Source: Peribolospora baueri (taxonomy: Eukaryota). Taken from it: a stretch of 64,000 nt of DNA. Shown here one piece after another: positions 17,030-28,278 of this stretch (within the stretch, counting starts at the first letter, position 1; each line of letters begins with the position of its first letter). The notes under the pieces were generated by a model. The model was given only the letters and a program-made list of their open reading frames with translations, was not told the origin of the DNA and ran no database searches. The stretch covers positions 1 through 64,000 of the forward strand of contig JAMDHS010000060.1 in NCBI GenBank assembly GCA_029717555.1, given 5' to 3'. The position numbers and the translations under genes are program-made.

Positions 17030-18319
17030 TAATAGCATTTAGAAAAGACACGGCGATGTCATGTTCCAGGCGGAATTGCCCTGTTTTGAAGGAGAAGGGA
17101 AAAGCGAACGGCAACAGCGAACGTCGACGTTCGCCGGCGAGTCGAAACAAGGAACGCACGAGTCGGGACTCGGTTGGCTCCTTGCCATCGCTGTTCGCTC
17201 TCCTCTCCTTCTCTCACCGCGACCACCACGCTGCAGTGCGCTCGCGACGCAGCCATATCCGGAAAGCGTCATGAGCACAGCTCCCTCCGCCATCCCCGCC
17301 GAGGCGTTGTCGACGCTCACCCCGCATACGTACGACGGCTCGCCGCCTTTCGGGCGAAATCGAGGTGGAACGAGTGAGTGGAGCGGTAGTTGAAGGGGGG
17401 GGAGGCCCCCTGACGAAGCATCTCCAAAAACCGTCAAGCGGCCGTCCTGGTCTTGCTCTTCGAAGCGCCCGCACATCCTACCGCCACCGCCGCGGACCAC
17501 CCGTGCTTTGCACCTTTGTTCGCACCCGGGACAGACGGCCTTGCCTGGCGGGAGGGTGGATAAAGAGGATGGGTGGTATAGGATCACAGCGGTGCGAACC
17601 AACGCGAGACATAGCATAGGTCGCGGCGCTGTGTCGCGTGATATGTGTTCTTTCGCTAGGGAACATCGCTGCTGATTTTCTTCTTCTTCTTCTTCTTCTT
17701 CTTCATTCTGCCCGCATTGCTTGGACGTCATCGTGTGCCATCCTTCATCGGATCGGGCTCAGAGGCGAGAGGGGGACGCCGACACCGATACTTGTCACTT
17801 TTTGTCAGGAGTGAAGGAAGACGTGCCGAACATGTCTAGAGTCCGACCTCCAAAAGAAAGAATTACGGAGCCGATGGCCATCTATTTATCTCTCCGAAGA
17901 GATCTGCCGACGCCCCCCCGTCCATTGTCTCTTGACGGGTTGGGGGTGGCGAAGGAAAGGATGAAAACAGAAAGGAACGGGAGCGGCCGGCCACGGGAGG
18001 AGAAAGAGAGAGAAGAAGAGACCGGGGCGAAAGGCGAAACATCCGTCCGTCCGTCTTTTGTGATTGATTATACGGGATTAAGGTTATTAAATGGTCGACA
18101 GCGTACGCGCGGCGGTATGGATCGGATGGCGGCGGGCGAAAGAAAGCGTCTAAGTAATGAAAGGGTGGATGAGCGAAAGGGGATCCGCCTGCCCGCCTGT
18201 CTGCCTGCCTCCTTGGGTGGAGGTTACGGCGTTGAAAGAGAAAAAAGAAAAAAAAGGACAGAGAGAGGAGGGAAAGAGATTCGGCGGCAAAGTGCGTTCG
18301 ATCGATTGCGATCCGCGTT

Positions 18320-20694
18320 TCACGCATTTCGCACCGCCTCCTCCTCCGCCTCCACCCTCTGATCCTCGTCCATCGGGCCCTCCGCCTTCTCGCCCTGCGC
18401 CATCGCCCTCCTCGCCTCATCGGCCTTCTTGTCGTCCCTCACGCGCTCCCACCATTGAGCGAGAGAGAGCGCGCACACGTCTACGGCCGTTAGGCCGATG
18501 AGGGCTCCGTAGTTGACGCCCAGTCGGTACGCGTGGCCGCGTGCGCCGTAGGCGATCGTTTTGAGCGCTTCCAGGTTGTGGTAGAATCCGGTCCAGTAGA
18601 ACAATCGGTAGAAGCGTTCCATCCTGCGGTGCGGACGCGGGGAGGGGAGGTGAGAGCGATAAGAAAGGCAAGGCAACAAAAGGTCGGTCAGCAAGGTGGA
18701 GCGGACGGCACCCGCTCGCTCAGTTTTAAAGTTTGACTTGGGGAAGGACTGAGCGTGTGACTCACAGAACTGGTGACAGCGGAAAAGAAATCAAAACAAA
18801 GAGAGATATGGGGGACAGGGCACCATCGGTCAGCAAGTCGGAGCGGATCATCTCTGAACGATGGACAAAGGAAGGAGACGCGAAAAAAAGACGCTCACGA
18901 ATGGGGAGGAAAGAGGAGGAGATGTTAGCGATGATCCAGAAGATGAGGAAGAAGGGGAAAAAAGCCGGGGTGAGGAGGGTGAGGGCCATTTCCAATGCCA
19001 AGCCGAGTGCCAAGAGGGTGAGGCTGTGGGAGAGAAAAGAAAAGAAAAGAAAAGAAAAAGGGAAGAGCGAGGATGAGCTCGGCCGCCCGGACCTCGCCCG
19101 ATGCCGGAGGCAGCGCCAAGCTCACTAATTCAAGGCCCACGTGGCGAGCCATCCGGCGTGTCCGAGGGCGTGGGTGAGGGGGATCTGGAAAGCGGAGATG
19201 ATGGTGGTGTACCAGAGGGACTACGAAGGGCAAAGGCGGAGGAGGAAAGAGGGTGAGACGGCGAATCATCCTTCCATCGCGGCTCGAGCCTGGCCCGCAG
19301 GACTGGACGAGCTCGGTCTCCTCTCACCATGAAGACGTAGGCGACGGCGGGAACGAGGAGCCGGAGTCCGATAAGGCTGGTCAACGTAAGCTTATCCTTG
19401 ATACCGGATTGGATTCGGCCGACGTTGTGGAAAATGACGAGGTGGAAGGTGAAGATGATGACTGTTGGTGTTGACGGGACGTGGGCAAGGAAGGAATTGA
19501 CGACGAGGAAGAAGAAGAAGGGAGTGAGACGGTGAGTTCACGTGTGAGATGGCGTTCTGTCCCACTCGGCCCACTCACCGTAGACCAAGCCAGCTTCCAT
19601 GGGCGCCTCAAAAGCCCAATCAGTAATGGGCCTAAGATCGTTGGTGTAATATCCGAACGCGGATCCGAGGGCCTGGGGCGCTTGCAAGGCGAGCTGGAGG
19701 GCGGTAGCGTTTTGAGAGGGGATGACTTCTCGGGTGAGGTAATCTTTCACTGCCGCTCTAGAGGCTTGTTGCAGGAGGGGGGCGAGACTTTGGTCGACCT
19801 GGGTAGGTAGCGAGGAAGGGAAGGTCGAGTCGGGTGAGCGGCGACCAAGGAGAGAAGAGAGCACGTGCGACTGCTCACCATAGGGAGCAAAAACCACAAG
19901 ACGACCTGGGGCGAGGACGGTGAGAGAGCGAGAACATGAGCGATACGATCTCGGGAAGGCATCCGCTGCGCACGGACCTGCTGCTCGCTCATGTTGCTCG
20001 CTCACTTGGAAGAATCGAGCGCTGGAGACGTAGACGGCCACGCTGCCGGTGGGATCGTAGGAGGTGTTTCCGGTCTGGAGCGCTTGCCTCCACGCCGAGG
20101 TAGCGTTTGGGTTGACTGTGGTCGAGGCAAGGATGCGTGAGCCAATGTCGTTTGTTATGGCCGACAGCCGAACAAACTCACTGACGATGGTCGCCCAACA
20201 CCGATCGTCTATGACTCTCTCGATGACATCGTCGATGCCGCGCTGGTAAAAGCTCGGGTCTTTAAACTCGTATCCCAACCTGATCTCTTGGGTCAACGTC
20301 TGCTTTAGGCCCTGCACGACCGTTGGCCCGACGAGTGCGGCTGCACCGGAGCCTCCGAGAGGACCGCCGGGGGGAGCAGAGTCAAAGTCGACAACGTCGA
20401 CGTTGATGCGCTTGAAGTAGACTTCGATGAGCCAGGTGGAGCCCCAGAAGAGGGGCAGACAGATCCAGAGAACGCAGGTGATCATGAGGAGGGCGATGAC
20501 CATTTTCTGGCACGACGACGGAGAAAAAGAAGGGGAATATCAGCCGACGCGAGACCGAGCGAGCGAGTGAGGGCCGAGGACGGGCCGGGGCGCACCTTGA
20601 ACATGCCCAAGACGTCGCCGCGAACGGCGGGATCCCAAACGCCGTATAGCCTCCTCCCTTGTCCTCGCTCGGCATCCGTCTCGCCTTTCTCCAT
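18320..20694 (-). CDS. SNG1-like / DUF3533 multi-pass membrane protein, paralogue 1 (4-nt microexon 18769-18766)
   Basis: LPLFWGS, VVDFD, CWATIVINPNAT, WALNY..LALGLALE, FFPFFLIFWIIANIS; spliced in frame by hand. Confidence 0.85.
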
Positions 20695-21851
20695 CGCGCC
20701 GGCGTCGGCTTTCGCTTTCGAAACAGGGGAAAGAGAAGGCGAGGTGGAGCGGGAGGGGGAGGGGATGGAGGGGAAGGGGAAGGGGAAGGGGAAGGAAGAA
20801 GGGAGAGTGTATATGTGCAGAGCGACGTGATCCGACGATCTCTATGTGTCTATGTGGAGGAGGAATCTATTTTTCTTTTTTTGTTGTGCTTGTGCTTGTC
20901 CTTATCCTTATACACCGGCGGTCGACCACTCACTCCAGCTCGACGTCGCCGTCCGCATTCATTCCTCGCCGAGGAGCGGAGCACCGTGACTGGGAGCTCG
21001 GGAGCCCGGGAATTCGGGAGTTCGGGCCCTGCCTCGGCCGGCCGATCGCGTTACTCGGCTTCTCAACACGCAGCTGAATCGAATTGAAACCGAGTCGCAG
21101 TCGACGGCAACGTCTCTCTCTCTCTCCATGTCTTCGTTCTGTGGTCATCGTTCACATCGGTCGCCAGGCAGGCAGGCAGGCGAGGCGACTGGGAAGGAAG
21201 GAAGGAAGAAGGAAGAAGGAAGAAGAAAGACGACGGCCGAGCCTAGCAAGCGCGAGTATGATCAACGATCGATCTGATCTGATCGTACTACGGCCGAACG
21301 ACGGACAGAGTGCTCTCGCTCGCCTTGCACGTTTCGGATGACGGGGATAACGAGGCCTCGTCTCGTCCAAGTCCATGTCCATGTCCATGTCCGTCCATCC
21401 TGCTGTCCAGAGCCGCACCCCACCCTCTCTCATATGCCCTGCCACATACGTACGTCCCCCAGCCAAGGAAAGGAGCCCAGCACCGAGTGGCATGCAACTC
21501 GAAGGGAGAAAGAAAGGCTTGCTTGCATGGTTGCTGAGCAACGTTCATACTCCGGAAAGGCAAAGGGAGGAGGGGGAAGAAGGGGCAGAGACGACACCAC
21601 CTCGGCGAGCGTCTTCTTGCCTGCTACCTGGCTGGGTGGGGCATGCGATCATCTTCTCTCTTCTCGCCGTCGATGACGATGGTTCTCGTCCCAAGTCTCC
21701 TCTCTCCGCTTCCACCGTCGTCGATCACACCCCAGTCCGCAGTGACGACACGACGCCCGCCGTTTCGGTCTCCATCACACATCCCATATACATAATCATC
21801 TCCTCGACGGACTCCCTTCCTAACTAACCACCGCCCATTCCCGAGCCAGTC

Positions 21852-24176
21852 ATGGCATCCTCCCCCACAAAGTACGACGTAATCGTCACGGGCGGGGGCG
21901 TAGCCGGCCTCAATGCCGCCCGCATCATCGCCGAGAAGGCCTTCAAAAAGCCTGACACCGAGGCCGCCGCCGCCGCCGCCGCAAGCCGTCCTCGTCCTCG
22001 GGTGCTCTTGCTCGAGGCGGATGATAGGCTGGGCGGGAGAGTACATACTTTGTTCAAGGGAGAGAAGGGCTTGCCCTGCAACGTCGACGTAGGAGCGAGG
22101 TGAGAGAGCACGGGGCCCGAGTCGGGAGAGGACGCCGCCTCACCCCCACCCACATATCCCCTGTTCAGCTTCATCCACGGCGTCTTGAACAACCCCCTAA
22201 GCGCGCTCGCCTCCCAGCTCCACCTCCGTCTCTACGACTCCTTCCCCCCAGAGATGCGTCTCTGCCTCCCGCATCAAAAGGGCGTCGTCGACGCTTCTCT
22301 AGCCGAAAAAATCGAGTTTGTCGTCTTTGCAGCCCTCTTTCAGACGTCTAGGGACGTGGCCCAGAGGGGACCGAGGGTGCCTAGGCCAGAGGAGAACCTT
22401 TGGGATTCGGTCGTTAGGGACGACGACGGAGGAGTCGGGCTTTATGAAGGCCTCGACGGAGAGGACGAGAAGCAGCTCGCTAGGAGCTTGTGAGTATCGT
22501 CCGTGTGATCATATGGACGCGATTTTGGTGCACTGACTGACCCACGCGACGACCACGACCACGACCATAGGGCCATGTCCTTCAGCGGCTACACAGGCGC
22601 CGACCTCTCCGACGTGTCGTTCAAGTACTGGGGCTGGGAGAGGGAGTTCGAAGGCGGCGACGTGGAGATTATAGACGGTTATATACACGTCGTTCGCTGG
22701 CTTGAGCAGCGGTTGCGCTCCGCAGGTGGACAGATCAGGCTTGGAGAGATGGTTAAAGAATTGCGCTTGGTCGACGATGGTGAGCGAGCGGTGGCCTTGG
22801 ATACGGCACGCGGTCCCGTCTCGCTCTTAACGCCCACTCTCGTCCGTCTCTTTCCATCTCCTCCGCTCTCTCTCTTTCCATCTCCGTCGACTCGCCAGGA
22901 GACGCAGTGGAGGTGGTTACGCCCTCCGGCTCGTACCTCGCTTCGTACGTCATCAACACGTTCCCGCTAGGTAGGCACACGGTTTCGACTTGGGATGCTC
23001 CTGTCCCATCGCGCCTCTCTGTATCTCTCTTTCATGCGAGTGATCCGAGTGTCCATGTTGTCCGATGCCTGTCTCTCTCCTCGCGTCTCTCCCCCTCCCC
23101 TCATCAGGCGTACTCCAAAACAATCCCCCAAAATTCGACCCGCCTCTCCCCGTCCGACGCATCTCGGCCATCAAAAGGCTCGGTTTTGGCGTCCTGGACA
23201 AGCTCGTGCTCGTCTACTCGCGCGTTTGGTGGGACCCTTCGGTAGATTTTTGGGAGCTCCTTCCTCCCGTCCCGCCTCCTGCCGCTCCTTCTCGCTCCTC
23301 GTCGTCGTCGTCATCGTCGTCGTACTACGGTGTTGGAGGAGGATCGAGCGGGATGACACCACACGCCTCCGATCCTCGCTCAGAGCTCGATAAACGCCCG
23401 CTCATGGTCAAAAGCCTGACGCAGATGCAAAAAGGCTCTCCCGTCCTCGTCGTCTTCATGGGCGGCTCCACCGCCGATTTGGCCGAGCGGTGCCACGACA
23501 ACAACGACGACGACGAGGCGGTGGTGCAGTATGTGCTGGGTAGGATGGCCGACGGCATGCACGGTGACAACGACAACGGCGGTGGTCGGTCGACCGGAGG
23601 GCGCCCTCCCAAACCCATCGCGACGCACTTTACACGCTGGCGCGCCCATCCCTTCTCCTTCGGCTCTTACTCCTACATCCCCGCTTCCAAGCCCAACCGG
23701 AGCGGGAGCGATGAGTCGGAGTGCAGTCCGTTGGACATGGTCGAGCTCGGCAGGCCGCTTTGGGATGAGAGGTTAGGTTTCGCTGGCGAGGCTACGGATG
23801 AGAATCAGTGCGTTTCGTTCCCTTTCGCCTCTTCCCAGCTTTTTCCGACCTCACCCCCTTCCACGCGCGGCAGTCCAGCGTCTGACCCGCTTTCTTTATT
23901 TTCCTCCCTTCGCCCCGTCATCATCATCGCTCAGCTTCGCGTCCGTGCATGGGGTGAGGCTGACAAATTTCTCCACTCGGAGCCGCTGGTTCGTCCATTC
24001 ATCATACTCATCGCACGACGCTGGCCCTGGCCTTCTTCCCTTCCTCCATCTCGACTCGCCAGGCATACATCAGCGGAGAAAGAGAGGCGCTACGAGTGAA
24101 CGCGTTGCTCGATCTGGCCGACGAGCAGCGGGCAGACGAAGAAGGGCCGAGCACGTCGGCGCCGGCCAAGCTGTGA
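21852..24176 (+). CDS. Flavin-containing amine oxidase (polyamine oxidase-like) ending in PTS1 -AKL, 7 exons
   Basis: GGGVAGL FAD motif, LLEADDRLGGRVHT, GASFIHG, TRW..HPFSFGSYSY, FAGEAT, 19-nt exon 23935-23953 supplying FASVHG, last exon AYISG...PAKL*. Confidence 0.9.
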
Positions 24177-24369
24177 ACTCGACCGACTTGCGCGCGCGCG
24201 GCGTGTGCGGCTGAAATGAAAACGCACGCTTCCTTCGTTCGACGTTGACAGGCTTCCTCGGGTTCAATTCGAACCGAACCAGGACTAGAATACAGCAGAG
24301 GGACGAACGATCGATCGGGGAAGCCGAAAATGTCCACACAAAGGGGGAAAAAAATAAGTTTTTTTACGT

Positions 24370-26115
24370 TTACCCGGCCACGACCTTACGGATCTTGAGA
24401 CAGAGGTCGAGCAGCTGGAGTTCCTCGTCCCCGCCGTCGACGAGCCCCTTGTCCGCTTCGCCGAGGTAGATGGCCATGTTGGATTTTTGCACGGCTGTCA
24501 GGGTGGGATGGAGGACGATCAAGTCGTGGAGCTGATGGCGACGTTCGAGGGGGTTGTGTGATGGTGGCACGTCAGTCGACGTACAGAGCGATACGAGTTG
24601 GACCGACCCGCGCACGCACCTGAGACAAAAGCTGAGTGCTCGAGTACCCCATCAGGCTCACCGCCCTCACCGCGCCCTTCACCTTTGCGAACCCGCCCCT
24701 ATCGACCTGCATACTGTCGCCTTCGATGCCGCACGCTTCCGCCAGCTCCTGCACGACGTCATCAGGTACTACTCCGGCGATCTCGACGATGCTCCGTTTC
24801 GTCACCGGTGTCGGGGAGGGGCCGTGCGAATGCAGGCGAGAGGCCGATTGTAGGTATGTGATCGCTCGTCGCAGGTCGCCGTCCGAAGTGGCAATCAGCT
24901 GGTCCAAGACCTGATTCGAGCCCGAAATAGACGTTTCGCAGAAAGAGAAAAACCAAGGCGAAGTGAGCAAAGTCTGACGACGACAAGGTGGAGTGAGCAT
25001 GTTGCGCCGTCACTCTTGCACGCACGCCGTCTTCTGTTTGAACGTTCTCCTCTCGGCAAATCATTTCTAGTCTTGCTCTTGTATTCTCCACGTCTAAAGG
25101 CCGGAAGCGGAATTTGCTGCAACGAGATGCGAGTGGCTCGATGATCCTAGACGGAGGAGCATGCAAGTCAGCCCACGACTGCAAATTGTCTCGCAAGTGT
25201 CCTCTTTCTGAAAGGAATAGCAACGAACCTGGTGACGTAGTTGCAAACCAAGCAAAACCGCGTTATCCGGCTATATTGCTCCATGATGCGACGCAGCGCG
25301 CTCTGCGCATCATGCGTCATGCTGTCCGCCTCGTCGAGGATGATAATCTTGTACGGCGGACATGGGTAGCCGCTGGAAGGGACAGACGAGAGGCTAGCCG
25401 AGTCAGTGGGACGTGATAGAAATTCGAAATGGCAACATCGAAACTGACGACGTTGGCTGGGGCACCCGTTGTTCATCCACTTCATCCTCCCCGCCCCGTG
25501 GCAGCTAGCCTCAGAGCGCTGACGCCAGTTGCGATGCGTGACTATTCCACGAGAACTCGCCCGTGCTAGCCTACTCACACGCGCGCATTGCTGACGGCGA
25601 CCTTGGCAAAGTTTTTGATCTTCTCCCGCACCACAGAGATGCCGCGTTCATCGGAGGCGTTCAACTCGAGCACGCGCGATTTGATAAGCTCGGGGCTATG
25701 TGAAGGAGGTCCAAAGAGAAATATATACGGTACATCAGCTTTCTCAATCAGAAGGACATGGTCCACTTGGGGTTTAGCAGCATTCGACTCACCCAAAGAG
25801 CTGACGCGCCAGAGCTAGAATCGTCGACGTTTTGCCCGTGCCCGGCGGTCCGTAGAAGAGCATATGTGGTAGCTAAGAGCGCCGGGAGACATCAGACTCT
25901 TGGGCAATCAAATAATTGCCACGTAAGTATGAGTAGTGAGAGCCACCTACGTTGCTAGACTGCAGTGTCTTGCGAAGTACGGCGACGGTGTTCTCCTGAG
26001 CAGACACGTCGTCGATCGTCTTGGGGCGGTATTTCTCCACCCACACCTTCTTCGCCTCGCCCTCGTCGGTCCCTTTGGCCGCCTGTGCCGACCTACCTGC
26101 TTGAGGAAGAAACAT
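24370..26115 (-). CDS. RFC2: Replication factor C small subunit (yeast Rfc2 / human RFC4)
   Basis: [75 protein letters not shown]. Confidence 0.95.
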
Positions 26116-26241
26116 GTTTGCCGCTTCTTGCCGCTTGTTAAGACTTCGGCGCTCGTCGTCCTCTCCCACGTCCAACGGTGTAGATGACCGCTTTGAAGAA
26201 CCGGCCGGCTCGAACTGGTTGCTAATGAGCGATCCGCAGCG

Positions 26242-26259
26242 ACGCGACGCGTCACGCGT
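26242..26259. promoter_or_regulatory. Cluster of MCB (ACGCGT) boxes in the RFC2/CAF-1A divergent promoter
   Basis: ACGCGA 26242, ACGCGT 26247 and ACGCGT 26254 in a 200-bp intergenic gap. Confidence 0.7.
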
Positions 26260-26315
26260 TAATTGTGTATGGGGCCCGCGTGAGTCTTGGAAGACGACCT
26301 CCACGACCCACAACC

Positions 26316-28064
26316 ATGTCCACCATCATTCTTACCGACATCAACATGGACGTCGCCACTGCCACGGCGCCCGCACCCGCCGACTCGATTCAGACACAGA
26401 CGACACCCTCCGACGCGAAGGCGTCAACATCCAAGAGCATGTCCCCAGAAGAGAAGGCGGCTAAGGAGGCGCTACAGGCTGAGAGGGAGAAGAGGAGAGC
26501 AGCAAAAGAGGCGAGAGAAAAAGAGAAGCAGGCCAAGAGAGATAAAGAACTCAAGGTGAACTATATTTTATTGGTTTCAGGCCTTGGGCTCGCCGCTAGA
26601 TATTCTGGCTGATATCTTGTGCATTCGCGTGTGCGCCGGGATAGGTTCAGGAGGCAGGCGCGAAGATGATGAAGAGCTTCTTCAAAACCGTGGCCATAGC
26701 GAAGAAGAATGCTGAGGGTTCGTATTTATCAATAAAAACCATCGATGTATTTGCTGTACCCCAGGTTCTCATATGACTTCCTCTATGATCGACAGAGCAA
26801 AAAACGATCACCGAATTCGAAGCCACCTTCAAACCCTTCAACGACGCCAAGGCCGGTTTGGAGGTTGCTCCGATCAACGCATTCAGCTCAAAACGAAAGA
26901 AACCCTTTGACCCCGCGACGTTGGATTCTGCCTTGACAGAGTCCCCTGGAAGTCTCGGTAAGCAAGCTCTCTGATCCTGGTTTTCCCCCTTGTACGAGGT
27001 CCCCTCAAGTCTGTATGTGTCGTTGCCGTTCCATACACCCAGCGGACTTGTTGCAGGATTTTGCTTCTTCTCGTCGCCCTCGAGCTTCAACATCTAAATT
27101 GTCGACTCGCCGGTGTCGCTCTTCCGTGTCTGTGCGAGAGGTGATGGACAAGATGGCGATGGCGGACGTGCTAGGCTCGGTGAACGACGATGCGCTCCAC
27201 CTTTTGCAAGATCGCTCTAAGGTCCCCATGAAGTTTCTGCATTTCTCGACTGATTTTAGACCGCCATGGTATGGTGAGTGCCAATAGTTTGCCTTTATCC
27301 CATGCGCTTACAACACTCGCATGAGTGCTGATTAGATCACATATATCTAGGCACCTGGACGAAATCCTCTGAGCTTATTGGACCGCGTCGCCCGTTCGGA
27401 CAAGACCCGATTGTATTCGATTACGGCTACGACAGCGAAGCGGAATGGGAGGAAAACGAGGAGAATGAGGACCCGAAAGCCAGAGGCGAGGATGTCATGA
27501 GCCAGGACGGCGACGAGTCGAGTAGGAACGGCGACGTGGGCGACTCAGATGATGAGGATGGCTGGCTGGTCGACGACGATGAGGTCGAGTACGAAGAAGG
27601 CGCTGAACCGATGGACGTCGACGACGAGCGTTTAAGCGACCCCTTCCGAAGCGGTTCACCTTCCTTGGCGTCTCGTGCAAGCCCTGCTAAGAAAGTCATC
27701 AACATGCTTCCCGTCACCAAGAAGCCGACCTCGAAACTCAAGCCCAAGTCCGTCCTCCCTCGCGGACGCAAGTTCACTGCACCGCTCGTACCCTTCCACA
27801 TCGGACCGCGTTGGGAAGACCGGCTGGGCGAACCGAGCGAACCCACGTTTGCACCTTTTCGTATTGAGTTTTTGAACGGTGAGTGTTACGGTTCGTCGCT
27901 TGTCGTTTGGATTGGGGCGGCACCAGCTTTCGTTCACCTAGAGCCGAGGATTGCTCTTGTTTGCTGACATTGCCTTCCGCTCATCAGACGCCAGCGTCGG
28001 CCTCGACCCATTCACTTTCACCTCGAGTACGCCCCGAGGATCAGGCCAGAATTCTAGCCGTTAG
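26316..28064 (+). CDS. RLF2: Chromatin assembly factor 1 subunit A (Cac1/Rlf2), short form of roughly 440 aa
   Basis: K/E/R coiled segment, PIP-like AKMMKSFF, CAF1A domain KFLHFSTDFRPPWYGTW...PFGQD..FDYGYDSEAEWEE, DGWLVDDDE. Confidence 0.88.
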
Positions 28065-28278
28065 CAATTTACACCGAATACCACCTCCGTCCTTCGCGGC
28101 GTGTACGTAGAGCCGGGACAGTCATGAAGAGCAGGCCTTTGTGTCTGTCCATAATTTAGATCAGCCCTCGCAGCTCGCAGCTTCGAACCCGACCAGGCAA
28201 AGTTTTTGGAGCCAAACGGAGTTACACGGGTGAAGGAGAGGGTGACATATCAGGGAGCAGGAAGACACCGGTGCCATA

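Noticed and set aside
17039..17731. 230-aa ORF next to the MITE
   Set aside because: Built on a (GAA)n microsatellite; no transposase or other domain and no splice support
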